Source of the DNA: Verrucomicrobiia bacterium
GTDB taxonomy: Bacteria > Verrucomicrobiota > Verrucomicrobiia > Limisphaerales > DASXHY01
Reading direction: 5' to 3'
Assembly (NCBI GenBank): GCA_036272195.1
Contig: DATAZE010000058.1
Coordinates: 16,326-80,325, forward strand
Length of the DNA stretch: 64,000 nt
The notes under the pieces are model-generated. The model was given only the letters and a program-made list of their open reading frames with translations. It searched no databases and was not told where the DNA came from. Positions 54,169 to 64,000 of the stretch are shown here, one piece after another; position 1 is the first letter of the stretch; each line of letters begins with the position of its first letter. The translations under genes and the position numbers were made by a program.

Positions 54169-54284
54169 CTTTCCGTATTACAGAACAGAAATAAAAATCC
54201 AAGAGCGAAATTGGAAGGATGGCCTGCCATCCGTAGCTCGGAACAGAGAGTGGCGCCAGCCCTCCTGTGCTAAAGCTGCGGAGG

Positions 54285-54321
54285 GCACCATCTTTCGCTC
54301 GGCACAAAACAGTTCCGAGCG
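54285..54321. repeat. Direct repeat copy 2 (37 nt), 15 nt from the tmRNA 3' end
   Basis: GCACCATCTTTCGCTCGGCACAAAACAGTTCCGAGCG. Confidence 0.8.
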
Positions 54322-54336
54322 AAGGATGGTGGAGGC

Positions 54337-54678
54337 GGCGGGAGTTGAACCCGCGTCCCTAACAAATCAACCAGCCGCGACTACATGCTTAGTCCGGAAA
54401 GATTTTTCTGCTATGCGATAACGTCCGAACTCGAGTCGCACTGCCTAGTCTGCATGGAATTTTCTCGGTTGTCGGCGCGCAGTCTCCGCCTTCAACCATG
54501 CCTGCTGTAGCGTTCATCCAACCTAGCAGGTGTCAGCCAGTGAACGTCGGGGCACTTAGGCCGCGAGAGCTAATTCGTTATTGTTAGCTGTTTTTGGTTC
54601 GATGATTAACGAGGCCAACGAACCGTCCTCGGCATGCCGCCTCTGGCGTATCTATAAGGTCGAAACCAGTACGCCCCC
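54337..54678 (-). ncRNA. ssrA: Transfer-messenger RNA (tmRNA, SsrA)
   Basis: The reverse complement starts GGGGGCGUACUGGUUUCGAC and ends GGACGCGGGUUCAACUCCCGCCGCCUCCACCA. The internal tag reading frame is GCU AAC AAU AAC GAA UUA GCU CUC GCG GCC UAA (ANNNELALAA*). Confidence 0.85.
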
Positions 54679-54877
54679 ATCCAAGCGGAACAGACATATC
54701 CTCGCGCAAATCAAGCGAACGGTCAAGACCGGGCCTTATGTCGTTTGACGTCCTTTTTTGTAGAATCCAACAAATTCGGAACACTTTTCAGGTTATCAGT
54801 CCGGGTTTGAACGGAACCGTGCATGGACGGAACATCCTTTAAATATTGAACATCCATTGACGAGGCCAACGAACCGT

Positions 54878-55069
54878 CTATTCCGCTTCAAAAATATCCT
54901 CGATCTTCAGTTTGAACAATCGCGCCGCTTTAAATGCCAGCGGCAAACTCGGGTCGTATTTTTCCGTTTCAATGGCGTTTATCGTTTGCCGGGAAACTTC
55001 GAGCTTATCCGCCAAATCAGATTGCGACCACTCCTTCGCCGCGCGCAATTCGCGCAATTTATTTTTCAT
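54878..55069 (-). CDS. XRE-family HTH transcriptional regulator (63 aa)
   Basis: MKNKLRELRAAKEWSQSDLADKLEVSRQTINAIETEKYDPSLPLAFKAARLF. It forms an ATGA overlap with the upstream membrane-protein gene. Confidence 0.85.
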   Translation of the reverse strand: MKNKLRELRAAKEWSQSDLADKLEVSRQTINAIETEKYDPSLPLAFKAARLFKLKIEDIFEAE

Positions 55070-55569
55070 TTGTAGCGGCGGTTCAAAACACTGCAGGCGG
55101 CGAAATAAAATAATGTCAGCAACAAAAATCCATGGCCCACTGTGACGATGTCCCAACTGCCTCCATTTCTTGGATGACCAAACAGGACGTCCCACAAGCC
55201 CGCCGCATCCAGCCGATGCCAGAGCAGCAGAAAAAAGAAAGTTGCACTCACGGCAAAAAGCACGGCTGAAAGAGTGATCCGCCGGTGCATTTCGTCCATG
55301 CCTCGAATCCAACGGGCCAGGCCGCGCGCCCAAAGCGCAATGGCTGCAAATTCTGCGAGTTGGATTCCCACCCGCGCGCCGACCGGCCACTGCCAGACAG
55401 CATGATGGAAAATGATATCGAAAAAGCATGAGATCAACGTGGCCACGAACAGCCAACCGTTCACCTGCCAATCCATGCGCCACGAATATTCCTGGTTGCC
55501 CATAAAAATCTCGCCCGGGATATTTAGCTTTTCTTTCGTCATGCGCTCACTGTAAAGCATACTTGTCAC
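55066..55569 (-). CDS. Small integral membrane protein co-transcribed with the XRE regulator
   Basis: About four hydrophobic helices. Its stop overlaps the XRE start. The start is uncertain (MTKEK at 55542 is possible). Confidence 0.55.
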   Translation of the reverse strand: MTSMLYSERMTKEKLNIPGEIFMGNQEYSWRMDWQVNGWLFVATLISCFFDIIFHHAVWQWPVGARVGIQLAEFAAIALWARGLARWIRGMDEMHRRITLSAVLFAVSATFFFLLLWHRLDAAGLWDVLFGHPRNGGSWDIVTVGHGFLLLTLFYFAACSVLNRRYK

Positions 55570-55768
55570 ATGTCAAGCATTCTTTACATTGAGTTTTAGA
55601 AATTAAGGAGGGCATAGAGTCAGGAATATTTTGTTAACCCAGCGAAGCCAACGGCCATCGCCCGTCCAATTTAAGATTGAGACAAATAGATCGAGAGTCC
55701 AGATTGCAACGGCGGGCCGGCTCGTGGTTCAGCATTTAGTTTGGAACATTTGCGCGAATCTTAAACTC

Positions 55769-56175
55769 ATGATGATTGAACTAACTCCCATTGGCTGCGT
55801 GGTCAGTGTTCGCGATGATACTCGCGATGACTTCTGGGGTGAGGTCGAGGCGCGGATTGAACTCTCTCCCGACTTCACACCGGAAGCCCTGGCGGGCATT
55901 GAGGAGTTTTCGCATGTCGAAGTGATCTTTTTCTTCGACCGAGTCCCGCAGGAGCGCATCGAGCGCGGCGCGGCAAAAACCGGCCGAATCGATTGGGCGT
56001 CTCAGTTGCCCGGCTGGTTGCCCGGCAAGAGCGCACTCTCGTTGTGCGCGGTCTGGATGCTATTCACGGCACGCCGGTCCTTGATATCAAACCCGTCATG
56101 AAAGAATTTCTGCCGCAAGGCGAAATCATCCAACCCGCCTGGACACATGAATTGATGCGGCACTATTGGCGATAG
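55769..56175 (+). pseudogene. TsaA/TrmO-like (UPF0066) methyltransferase gene, frameshifted and apparently internally deleted
   Basis: The N-terminal part (MMIELTPIGCVVSVRDD...FSHVEVIFFFD) is in one frame. The C-terminal part (KNRPNRLGVSVARLV...GLDAIHGTPVLDIKPVM) is in another. The switch is near the A5 run at about 55974. Total length is 407 nt, not divisible by 3. Confidence 0.6.
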
Positions 56176-56341
56176 CCCATGATAAAGAACTTTTAGCGCA
56201 AAGACGCAGAGGTTTACCGATTGCCTTTCCGATTCGACTTTTGATTCCACCGATCTTCACTTGGCGTCTTTGCCTCTTCGCGCCTTTGCGTTGAAACTCT
56301 TCCGCAAAGAGAAAAGCTTGCTCTTCTCAATGATTCCGCAG

Positions 56342-56374
56342 AAAAAAAGCGAGGCCGGATTGCTCCGGCCTCGC
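56342..56374 (-). terminator. Rho-independent terminator of groESL
   Basis: On the minus strand, GCGAGGCCGG-AGCAAT-CCGGCCTCGC is followed by TTTTTTT, 27 nt after the groEL stop. Confidence 0.75.
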
Positions 56375-56400
56375 GTGTTCCTCCAGCTTTGTGATTCCCC

Positions 56401-58053
<1,653 letters not shown>

Positions 58054-58079
58054 TTATCGGTTGATTGTTGAGAATTGAA

Positions 58080-58373
58080 TTACTCGATCACGGCCAGGAT
58101 GTCGTCCGAGCTCAAAATCTTGTATTCCTTGCCATCGAGTTTGATTTCCGTGCCGCCGTATTTGCTGACCAAAATGCGGTCGCCTTTTTTGACTTCGAAC
58201 GGAATTTTCTTTCCGTCGTCGTTGGTTTTGCCGGTGCCCAGCGCCACGACGATGCTTTCCATCGGCTTTTCCTTGGCGGTATCGGGGATGATGATCCCGC
58301 CCTTTTTCACTTCCTTCTCTTCGACGGCTTCCACGAGGATGCGATCGCCGAGCGGTTTAACGTTTAGTGCCAT
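58080..58373 (-). CDS. groES: Co-chaperonin GroES
   Basis: [21 protein letters not shown]...[13 protein letters not shown]. 97 aa after trimming the longer ORF. Confidence 0.95.
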   Translation of the reverse strand: MALNVKPLGDRILVEAVEEKEVKKGGIIIPDTAKEKPMESIVVALGTGKTNDDGKKIPFEVKKGDRILVSKYGGTEIKLDGKEYKILSSDDILAVIE

Positions 58374-58445
58374 AGTTCTAGTTTGGTTTTGTGTTTTTTC
58401 GTTTGAATTAAATCCCGCCGCACTCGCGGTGGGAAAATTATTTTC

Positions 58446-58604
58446 AGCTCCGTAGGAGCGGCATCTCTGTAGCAAAAAGGAACAAAGGAATATCTGGCTC
58501 CGCAGGAGCGGCATCTTCTGCATTGCGACGGACTATGCCGCTCCTGCGGAGCTTGCCATCACTGGCAACTCCGCCTGCTACAAATAGGTCGCTCCTACGG
58601 AGCT
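58446..58604. repeat. Nested REP cluster (four units, two forward and two inverted) forming a REPIN-like double hairpin
   Basis: The units are AGCTCCGTAGGAGCGGCATC (58446), GGCTCCGCAGGAGCGGCATC (58497), ATGCCGCTCCTGCGGAGC (58535) and GTCGCTCCTACGGAGC (58589). Each unit is a 5-bp stem with a GYA loop. Confidence 0.7.
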
Positions 58605-58640
58605 TTTTTTCCGCCTGGTTCATTCTGCTCAAATCTTATT

Positions 58641-58838
58641 TCATTTCCCCTGCGTCGCGCCCATCGGCCCGATGGTGGAAACCATCGCCTGGCAAATAAT
58701 GGGCCCCTGCGAGTCGTTCACTATATACGGACTCCCGAACGGTTGCCAGCCCATCTGTAAAGACTTCGTCACCGATTCATCCAGGTCCTTATGGTTCGTA
58801 TGATGAACCGTCTTATAGCGTTTGAACTCGTCAGCCAT
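58641..58838 (-). CDS. Small hypothetical protein (65 aa, possibly DUF1737-like)
   Basis: ORF with plausible composition (MADEFKRYKTVHHTNHKDLDESVTKSLQMGWQPFGSPY). The family assignment is from memory only. Confidence 0.4.
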   Translation of the reverse strand: MADEFKRYKTVHHTNHKDLDESVTKSLQMGWQPFGSPYIVNDSQGPIICQAMVSTIGPMGATQGK

Positions 58839-58929
58839 GGAGCGTGATTATTTTCTTACTTGTTGACGCTTCTCGAATTCTCCGGAGTTGCAGGAGAAAC
58901 AATTAATGTCTCACCCATTCCACCTGAAG

Positions 58930-59131
58930 CAACCTGAAAGGTTGCTGGAAATTAGCCTCGGGTTGAGCGAAGCGATACCCCAGGAAAACGTCCAATAAAA
59001 TAATGCGCCCTGAAAGAGCGCCGGAAACCATGGAGAGAACATTCCGCCGCCCTTCCAGGGCGGTGAAAAAATACGAAGCTGACCAGGGGCTGCGGCCTTC
59101 GGCCTTGCCCCCGGCTAATTTCCAGCAAGCC
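58930..59131. repeat. MITE/REP-like long inverted repeat downstream of dnaK
   Basis: GGTTGCTGGAAATTAGCC (58930-58947) faces GGCTAATTTCCAGCAAGCC (59113-59131), with further imperfect complementarity extending inward. Confidence 0.5.
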
Positions 59132-59165
59132 TTCAGCTTGCTCAAAATTATCTTCGACAATTTCA

Positions 59166-61115
59166 TTACTTCTTCTCGTCCACAACTTCCGCGTCGATGA
59201 TCGGACCCTCGTCCTTGCCGCCTTCGGGCTTCTGCCCTCCAGCTTCGGCCCCCGGCTGTTCGCCGCCCGGCTGGCCTTGCGGGCCGCCGGCACGAGACTT
59301 CTCCGAAGCGGCCTTGTAAAGTTCCTGTCCGACCAACTGGGAAGCTTCATTGAGCTTCTCCGAAGCCGCTTTGATGGCCGCGCTGTCGCTGCCCTTCAAC
59401 GCTTCTTTGACATCGGCCACCGCCTTCTCGACTTTGCCCTTCACATCGCCGGAAATTTTATCCGCGTTGTCCTTGAGCATTTTCTCGGTGCGATAAACCG
59501 CGCTGTCCGCTTCGTTGCGGGTCTCCACTTCCTCGCGGGCTTTCTTGTCGTCTTCCGCGTGGGCCTCGGCGTCCTTGCGCATCTTCTCGACTTCATCCTT
59601 CGAGAGACCGCTGCTGGCCGTGATAGTGATCTTCTGTTCCTTGCCCGTGCCCAGGTCCTTGGCGTTCACGTGCAGGATGCCGTTGGCGTCGATGTCAAAC
59701 GTGACCTCGACCTGCGGCATGCCGCGCGGGGCCGGCGGAATGTCGGTAAGCTGAAACTTGCCGATCGTTTTGTTGTCGCGCGAAAATTGGCGCTCGCCCT
59801 GGAGCACGTGAATTTCCACGCCCGGCTGATTGTCCGAAGCCGTCGAAAAGATTTCCGATTTGCGCGTCGGGATGGTCGTGTTGCGCTCAATCAATTTCGT
59901 GAACACACCGCCCAGCGTTTCAATGCCCAGCGAAAGTGGCGTCACGTCGAGCAACAGCACGTCTTTGACTTCGCCCTTGAGCACGCCGCCCTGGATGCCG
60001 GCGCCGATGGCAACGACTTCGTCCGGGTTCACGCCCTGGTGCGGCGGTTTGCCCACGAGCTTATGCGCGGTTTCAACGACGCGCGGCATGCGGGTCATGC
60101 CACCGACAAGCACGAGCTCGTCAATCTTCGCCGCTTCAATGCCCGCGTCCTTCAGGCAGTTCTTCACCGGCCCGATGGTGCGCTCGAATAAATCATCGCA
60201 AAGCTGCTCCATTTTGGCACGAGTCAGCGTCTTCTGGATGTGCTTGGGCCCGCTGGCATCCGCCGTGATGAACGGCAGGTTGATGTCGTATTGCTGCGCG
60301 CTGGAGAGGGCAATCTTCGCCTTCTCGGCTTCTTCCTTGATGCGTTGGAGAGCGTCAGGTTGCTTGCGTAGGTCCATGCCCGCTTCTTTTTTGAATTCGT
60401 CGAGAATCCAATCCATGATGCGATTGTCCCAATCGTCACCGCCGAGGTGCGTATCGCCGTTGGTCGCTTTCACTTCGAAAACGCCATCGCCGATTTCCAG
60501 CACGGAAATATCAAATGTGCCGCCGCCCAAATCGTACACCGCGATCTTCTCGTCCTTTTTCTTGTCGAGACCATACGCGAGCGATGCCGCCGTGGGTTCA
60601 TTGATGATGCGCAGGACTTCCAACCCGGCAATTTTGCCGGCGTCCTTGGTGGCCTGGCGCTGGGAATCGTTGAAGTAAGCCGGAACAGTAATCACGGCCT
60701 GCGTGATTTTCTCGCCGAGACGCATTTCGGCGTCGCTCTTGAGCTTGGCAAGAATCATCGCCGAAATTTCCGGCGGCGTGAACTGCTGGGTTTTGCCTTC
60801 GACTTCCACCTCGACCGCCACGTCGCCGTTGGCGGCGCGCACGGCCTTGTAAGGCACGCGCTTGAGTTCTTCCTGCACTTCATCGAACTTGCGACCCATG
60901 AAGCGCTTGATGGAATAAACCGTGTTGCGCGAGTTGGTGACAGCCTGGCGTTTCGCGGCGTCGCCCACGAGGCGCTCGCCGGTCTTGCTGAAAGCCACCA
61001 CCGACGGCGTCACGCGCCGGCCTTCCGAGTTTTCCAGAACGAGCGGCTCGCCGCCTTCCATGACGGCCATGCAAGAGTTCGTCGTTCCCAAATCAATACC
61101 TAATACTTTTGCCAT
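59166..61115 (-). CDS. dnaK: Molecular chaperone DnaK (Hsp70)
   Basis: [18 protein letters not shown]..., DLGGGTFD, and an acidic/Gly-rich C-terminus. The ORF is trimmed from 61178. Confidence 0.97.
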   Translation of the reverse strand: MAKVLGIDLGTTNSCMAVMEGGEPLVLENSEGRRVTPSVVAFSKTGERLVGDAAKRQAVTNSRNTVYSIKRFMGRKFDEVQEELKRVPYKAVRAANGDVAVEVEVEGKTQQFTPPEISAMILAKLKSDAEMRLGEKITQAVITVPAYFNDSQRQATKDAGKIAGLEVLRIINEPTAASLAYGLDKKKDEKIAVYDLGGGTFDISVLEIGDGVFEVKATNGDTHLGGDDWDNRIMDWILDEFKKEAGMDLRKQPDALQRIKEEAEKAKIALSSAQQYDINLPFITADASGPKHIQKTLTRAKMEQLCDDLFERTIGPVKNCLKDAGIEAAKIDELVLVGGMTRMPRVVETAHKLVGKPPHQGVNPDEVVAIGAGIQGGVLKGEVKDVLLLDVTPLSLGIETLGGVFTKLIERNTTIPTRKSEIFSTASDNQPGVEIHVLQGERQFSRDNKTIGKFQLTDIPPAPRGMPQVEVTFDIDANGILHVNAKDLGTGKEQKITITASSGLSKDEVEKMRKDAEAHAEDDKKAREEVETRNEADSAVYRTEKMLKDNADKISGDVKGKVEKAVADVKEALKGSDSAAIKAASEKLNEASQLVGQELYKAASEKSRAGGPQGQPGGEQPGAEAGGQKPEGGKDEGPIIDAEVVDEKK

Positions 61116-61405
61116 AAAATCTCTTTCGATAGAATTATTGCTATTCCTTACGCAACCTTGGTGCCATCCTGAAAACAACGGCTATAACTCATTAATGTAA
61201 AATGTGTTACCGTATTTCCAGCTAACATTCGCCGAGCCCCTTTCAGAGACACATTGGCACTAATTCAAGAGCCGTGTCACACTTGCCGTGGCGCTATCTG
61301 GTCCCATGTTTTTTGGGATTTGCGTTTTGATCGCGCACAATTTTTTTACGAATTATTTGCGATTGCCTGACAGATTCCGAACCCACTTGAAGTTAGAATC
61401 GAGAT

Positions 61406-61819
61406 ATGAAACCCAAACAATTCCTAATCGGCCTCGCGGTACTCACCCTCCTCACCTTAATGCCTGCCTTGTTTCGCGCAAACTCGGCCCCGACCCCGGA
61501 GATTCCGTCCGTCATTCGCGCTCGCGCTCTGGAACTAGTGGACGACCATGGACGCGTCCGGGCGGAACTCAAAGTATTTCCGGCGCAACCCGCGCTTAAA
61601 ATGCCGGACGGCACGACGGGATATCCCGAGTCAGTGCTGTTGCGCCTGATAAATTCAAAAGGCGGCCCCGACATAAAGCTCACGGCAACCGAGGATGGCG
61701 CAGGGCTCGTTATTGGCGGCGAATCGGGATATGTGCAAATCCTTTCACGAGGCACGAACCTGCCAATCGTAAAACTCGTCGCCAAAGATGGCCGCGAGCA
61801 GGTCGTCAAGCTCCCGTGA
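61406..61819 (+). CDS. Exported hypothetical protein (137 aa)
   Basis: Signal peptide MKPKQFLIGLAVLTLLTLMPALFRA. No recognisable family. Confidence 0.5.
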   Translation: MKPKQFLIGLAVLTLLTLMPALFRANSAPTPEIPSVIRARALELVDDHGRVRAELKVFPAQPALKMPDGTTGYPESVLLRLINSKGGPDIKLTATEDGAGLVIGGESGYVQILSRGTNLPIVKLVAKDGREQVVKLP

Positions 61820-61854
61820 TAGAAGGAGCGCAGTCGGCGCGACCGTTGGCGTTA

Positions 61855-62571
61855 TCAGGCATTATGGAAATGCCCCAGCTCCCTCAATGACGCGTATTCC
61901 TTCGGCCGTGTCTTGGTCGCCGAACCGATAACAATATGGTCCAGCACCTCAATCTTCAAAAGCTGCCCGGCGCGGATTAAATCGCGAGTCACTTTCACGT
62001 CGGCTTCACTCGGCGTCGGATCGCCGCTCGGATGATTATGCACCAGTACGATGGCCGAGGCATTCGCCGCGATGGCAGACTTGAAGACCTCGCGTGGATG
62101 CACAAGCACCGTGTCCAGGATGCCGTCGGAAATTTTATCCACCCGAATCAATCGCCGGCGCGTGTTGAGCATCAGCACGTGAAACGACTCCACATTCCGC
62201 AAGCGATTCATCTCGCGCACGTGATCAACAATCGTCTGCGGATTATCCATGACCGGCGATTCCTCGCGTTTCTCCGCCTCCATCCGCCGCGCCAGGGCAA
62301 AGGCCGCGACAAGCGTGGCCGCTTTGTCCGGCCCCACACCCGGCTCGCGTTTTAAATCATCCACCGACGCCAGCGCAATGGCATGCAATGAACCGTATTT
62401 TTGTAGCAACCGCCGGCTGACTTCCACCACGTTCGCGCCTTTCAATCCGGTGCGGAGCAGGATGGCGATCAATTCGGCGTGAGTAAGCGCATCCGGCCCG
62501 CGCGCCACGAGCCGCTCGCGCGGGCGTTCGCTGACCGGCTGATCTTTGAGTCTCATCCCCTCGGACATGCC
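61855..62571 (-). CDS. radC: RadC-family JAB/MPN-domain protein
   Basis: RPRERL...LTHAELIAILLRTG (HhH region) and the HNHPSGDPTPSEAD JAMM motif. The start is taken at MSEGM. Confidence 0.85.
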   Translation of the reverse strand, partial: GMSEGMRLKDQPVSERPRERLVARGPDALTHAELIAILLRTGLKGANVVEVSRRLLQKYGSLHAIALASVDDLKREPGVGPDKAATLVAAFALARRMEAEKREESPVMDNPQTIVDHVREMNRLRNVESFHVLMLNTRRRLIRVDKISDGILDTVLVHPREVFKSAIAANASAIVLVHNHPSGDPTPSEADVKVTRDLIRAGQLLKIEVLDHIVIGSATKTRPKEYASLRELGHFHNA

Positions 62572-62738
62572 GCATTGATAAACCGAGGGACAAAAGCGCG
62601 CGAGCAAATTCCGCCCTGGGAGCGCCGGCGTCCCGCTGGCCAGTTGCATCTGGATTTGCTTGAACAACCGCCGCTCAATGCGAGTCTATAGGCAAGGGAA
62701 CAAAAGACCACTCAGCTGAATTAATCGTCGGTACTGTT

Positions 62739-63146
62739 ATGAAAACAAAACTGTTTCTGCTTTGTTTCGCCTCGGCAGCAACCGCGCTGGCCGCCGACTC
62801 TCCCACGAACAGCTATAATTTCACCTCCCGCCTCGCGCCCATCCCGATCACCGAAGAGATGCGCCTGCAAAATCTACTCACACCAAAGCTGGACCTCCCG
62901 GTCATCGCCCTGGGAAAAAGTGATTTCGTTCTGAGTGGTCCGTTAGTCGAAGGATTCCGCCGCCTGCCACCCGCGGAAAATTTAAGTCGCGGCCAAAAAT
63001 TCCTGCGGTTGCCCGTCATCCGCCTTTTCGTGCCCAAACCCATGCCCTGGCCGGAGGATGGAGGAAAATATTTCGCCTGGCACAACAACTCTCTCCCCTG
63101 GACACTCGCCAGCTCCCGGCCGGGAATTCAAAAGGGGCCGAATTAA
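62739..63146 (+). CDS. Exported hypothetical protein (135 aa)
   Basis: Signal peptide MKTKLFLLCFASAATALA. No recognisable family. Confidence 0.45.
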   Translation: MKTKLFLLCFASAATALAADSPTNSYNFTSRLAPIPITEEMRLQNLLTPKLDLPVIALGKSDFVLSGPLVEGFRRLPPAENLSRGQKFLRLPVIRLFVPKPMPWPEDGGKYFAWHNNSLPWTLASSRPGIQKGPN

Positions 63147-63160
63147 TTCAATTGATTCCG

Positions 63161-63232
63161 TAGCCGCCGACGTCGGGAGGCTCTAATCCTTTCTTCGGAG
63201 ATGGTATAAGCCTCCTGACGTCGGCTGCTACG
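63161..63232. repeat. Long REP-like hairpin (22-bp stem, 2 mismatches) between convergent genes
   Basis: GTAGCCGCCGACGTCGGGAGGC ... GCCTCCTGACGTCGGCTGCTAC. It shares its core with the hairpin at 28046. Confidence 0.6.
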
Positions 63233-63236
63233 AGGC

Positions 63237-64000
63237 TCACGCCGTCTGCAATTCACGCACGAAAAACGGCTCAAATTCGCGATGATAATGTGGCGGAATG
63301 CGCGCCTTGAACCGCGCGGTTTTCCCCGTGTAACGCCGCTCAATCACTTGCGCCACCTCATGCAGCCGCGCAATCACTCCGGCCCGATCATGCGGCACGG
63401 ACAGCTCAAAAAATTCCCGCAGCGGCCGAAGCTGGCTGCTGAGTTCCTGGAGCAATATCGGAATCCCATCGCCCTTCTCCGCTGAAATCGCCACACCCTG
63501 CGGATAACGCTCGAGAAAACGGTTCAACGTCTCGCGACTGTCGTTGAGCAAATCCACCTTGTTGAAAACCATCAGCGTCGGTTTTCCGTCCGCGCCGATT
63601 TCCTTCAGCACCGCATCCACAGATTCAATTTGTTCGCGCGCCTGCGGATGGCTCACATCCACCACGTGCACGAGCAAATCCGCCTGCACCACTTCCTCCA
63701 GCGTGGCCTTAAATGCCTCCACCAGGCCGTGCGGCAATTTGCGAATGAAACCCACCGTGTCCGTCAGCAATACGTTTTGGTTCGTCGGCAAGCGCAGCCG
63801 CCGTGTCGTTGGATCCAAGGTGGCGAACAGCTTGTTCATCGCCAGCACGTCCGCGCCCGTCAATTTGTTTAACAGTGTGGACTTACCCGCGTTGGTGTAG
63901 CCCACGATGCTGGCGAGCGGCCATTGATTTCGCTGCCGGCCGTTGCGCTGCGTGGAACGCTGCCGCACCACCACCTCGAGTTCACCGCGAATTTTCGCGA
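63237..64000 (-). CDS. hflX: GTPase HflX, C-terminal part (5' end lies outside the window)
   Basis: G1 GYTNAGKSTLLN, G3 DTVGF and G4 NKVD. The reading frame stays open to the window edge. Confidence 0.85.
   Translation of the reverse strand, partial: AKIRGELEVVVRQRSTQRNGRQRNQWPLASIVGYTNAGKSTLLNKLTGADVLAMNKLFATLDPTTRRLRLPTNQNVLLTDTVGFIRKLPHGLVEAFKATLEEVVQADLLVHVVDVSHPQAREQIESVDAVLKEIGADGKPTLMVFNKVDLLNDSRETLNRFLERYPQGVAISAEKGDGIPILLQELSSQLRPLREFFELSVPHDRAGVIARLHEVAQVIERRYTGKTARFKARIPPHYHREFEPFFVRELQTA

Noticed and set aside
55070-55483. Upstream 138 codons of the 201-aa ORF containing the XRE regulator
   Set aside because: Only the last 63 aa form the HTH protein. The upstream part overlaps the better-supported membrane-protein frame (55066-55569) and is Arg/Ala-rich.
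58446-58604. Possible CRISPR array because of four similar ~18-nt units
   Set aside because: The units occur in both orientations and pair as nested hairpins. The spacers are unequal (31, 18 and 36 nt) and there are no cas genes. It is a REP/REPIN cluster, not CRISPR.
61253-61279. TTGGCACTA-N9-CCGTGTCAC upstream of dnaK, considered as a CIRCE (HrcA) operator or a sigma-54 -24 element
   Set aside because: The left half matches CIRCE at 7 of 9 positions, but the right half matches at only about 4 of 9. There is no TTGC -12 element at the correct spacing for sigma-54. It is not supportable.

Overview
This 64-kb window is high-GC (hand-counted lines about 57-60%) and densely coding. It looks like a Verrucomicrobiota/PVC-type chromosome. 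The evidence is a DUF1559-type prepilin-like protein, giant autotransporter-associated beta-strand-repeat proteins, a sulfatase, BNR glycosidases and several REP-like hairpin families. This taxonomic call is an inference, not a database hit.

Gene content from left to right:
- 1-11 kb: mnmG 3' end, a dipeptide epimerase, a galactofuranose-related cluster (GT, glf, GH-A-like, GH2) and an exported tandem GlcG/HbpS-like protein.
- 11.06-12.4 kb: a low-GC three-gene islet of unknown function.
- 12.4-18.6 kb, minus strand: a tightly coupled redox operon. It encodes a membrane-anchored FNR-like FAD/NAD(P)H/2Fe-2S protein, an SMI1/KNR4-like protein, a cNMP-binding protein with four 4Fe-4S clusters, a membrane protein with two H-x13-H pairs, and a single-pass decaheme cytochrome.
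- 18.8-26.9 kb, plus strand, divergent: a tetraheme cytochrome, a 739-aa putative outer-membrane beta-barrel and a 1.39-kaa decaheme cytochrome fused to LVIVD beta-propeller repeats. An IS200-like/RAYT transposase element interrupts this operon.
- 26.9-29.9 kb: an exported Gfo/Idh/MocA oxidoreductase, a Tat-type SOD and a sugar-phosphate isomerase.
- 29.9-45.1 kb: a fructan-utilisation locus (GntR/LacI regulator, prepilin-like protein, two giant surface proteins with one carrying GH32, MFS porter, DUF2961/GH172, fructokinase).
- 45.1-53.8 kb: a BNR glycosidase, a sulfatase, an M14-like peptidase, cysK, a LuxR-type regulator and PiT/DUF47/PhoU.
- 53.9-56.2 kb: a GIY-YIG cassette next to tmRNA, an XRE/membrane-protein pair and a degraded TsaA/TrmO-like gene.
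- 56.3-64 kb: groESL, dnaK, radC and the hflX 3' part.

The most interesting signal is the 12.4-26.9 kb pair of divergent operons. Together they read like a complete cytoplasm-to-cell-surface electron conduit (a porin-cytochrome-like system with a cyclic-nucleotide-sensing Fe-S entry module). A RAYT/REPIN element pair sits exactly at the 5' ends of both plus-strand cytochrome genes.

No CRISPR array, rRNA or tRNA gene was seen. One tmRNA gene was found.
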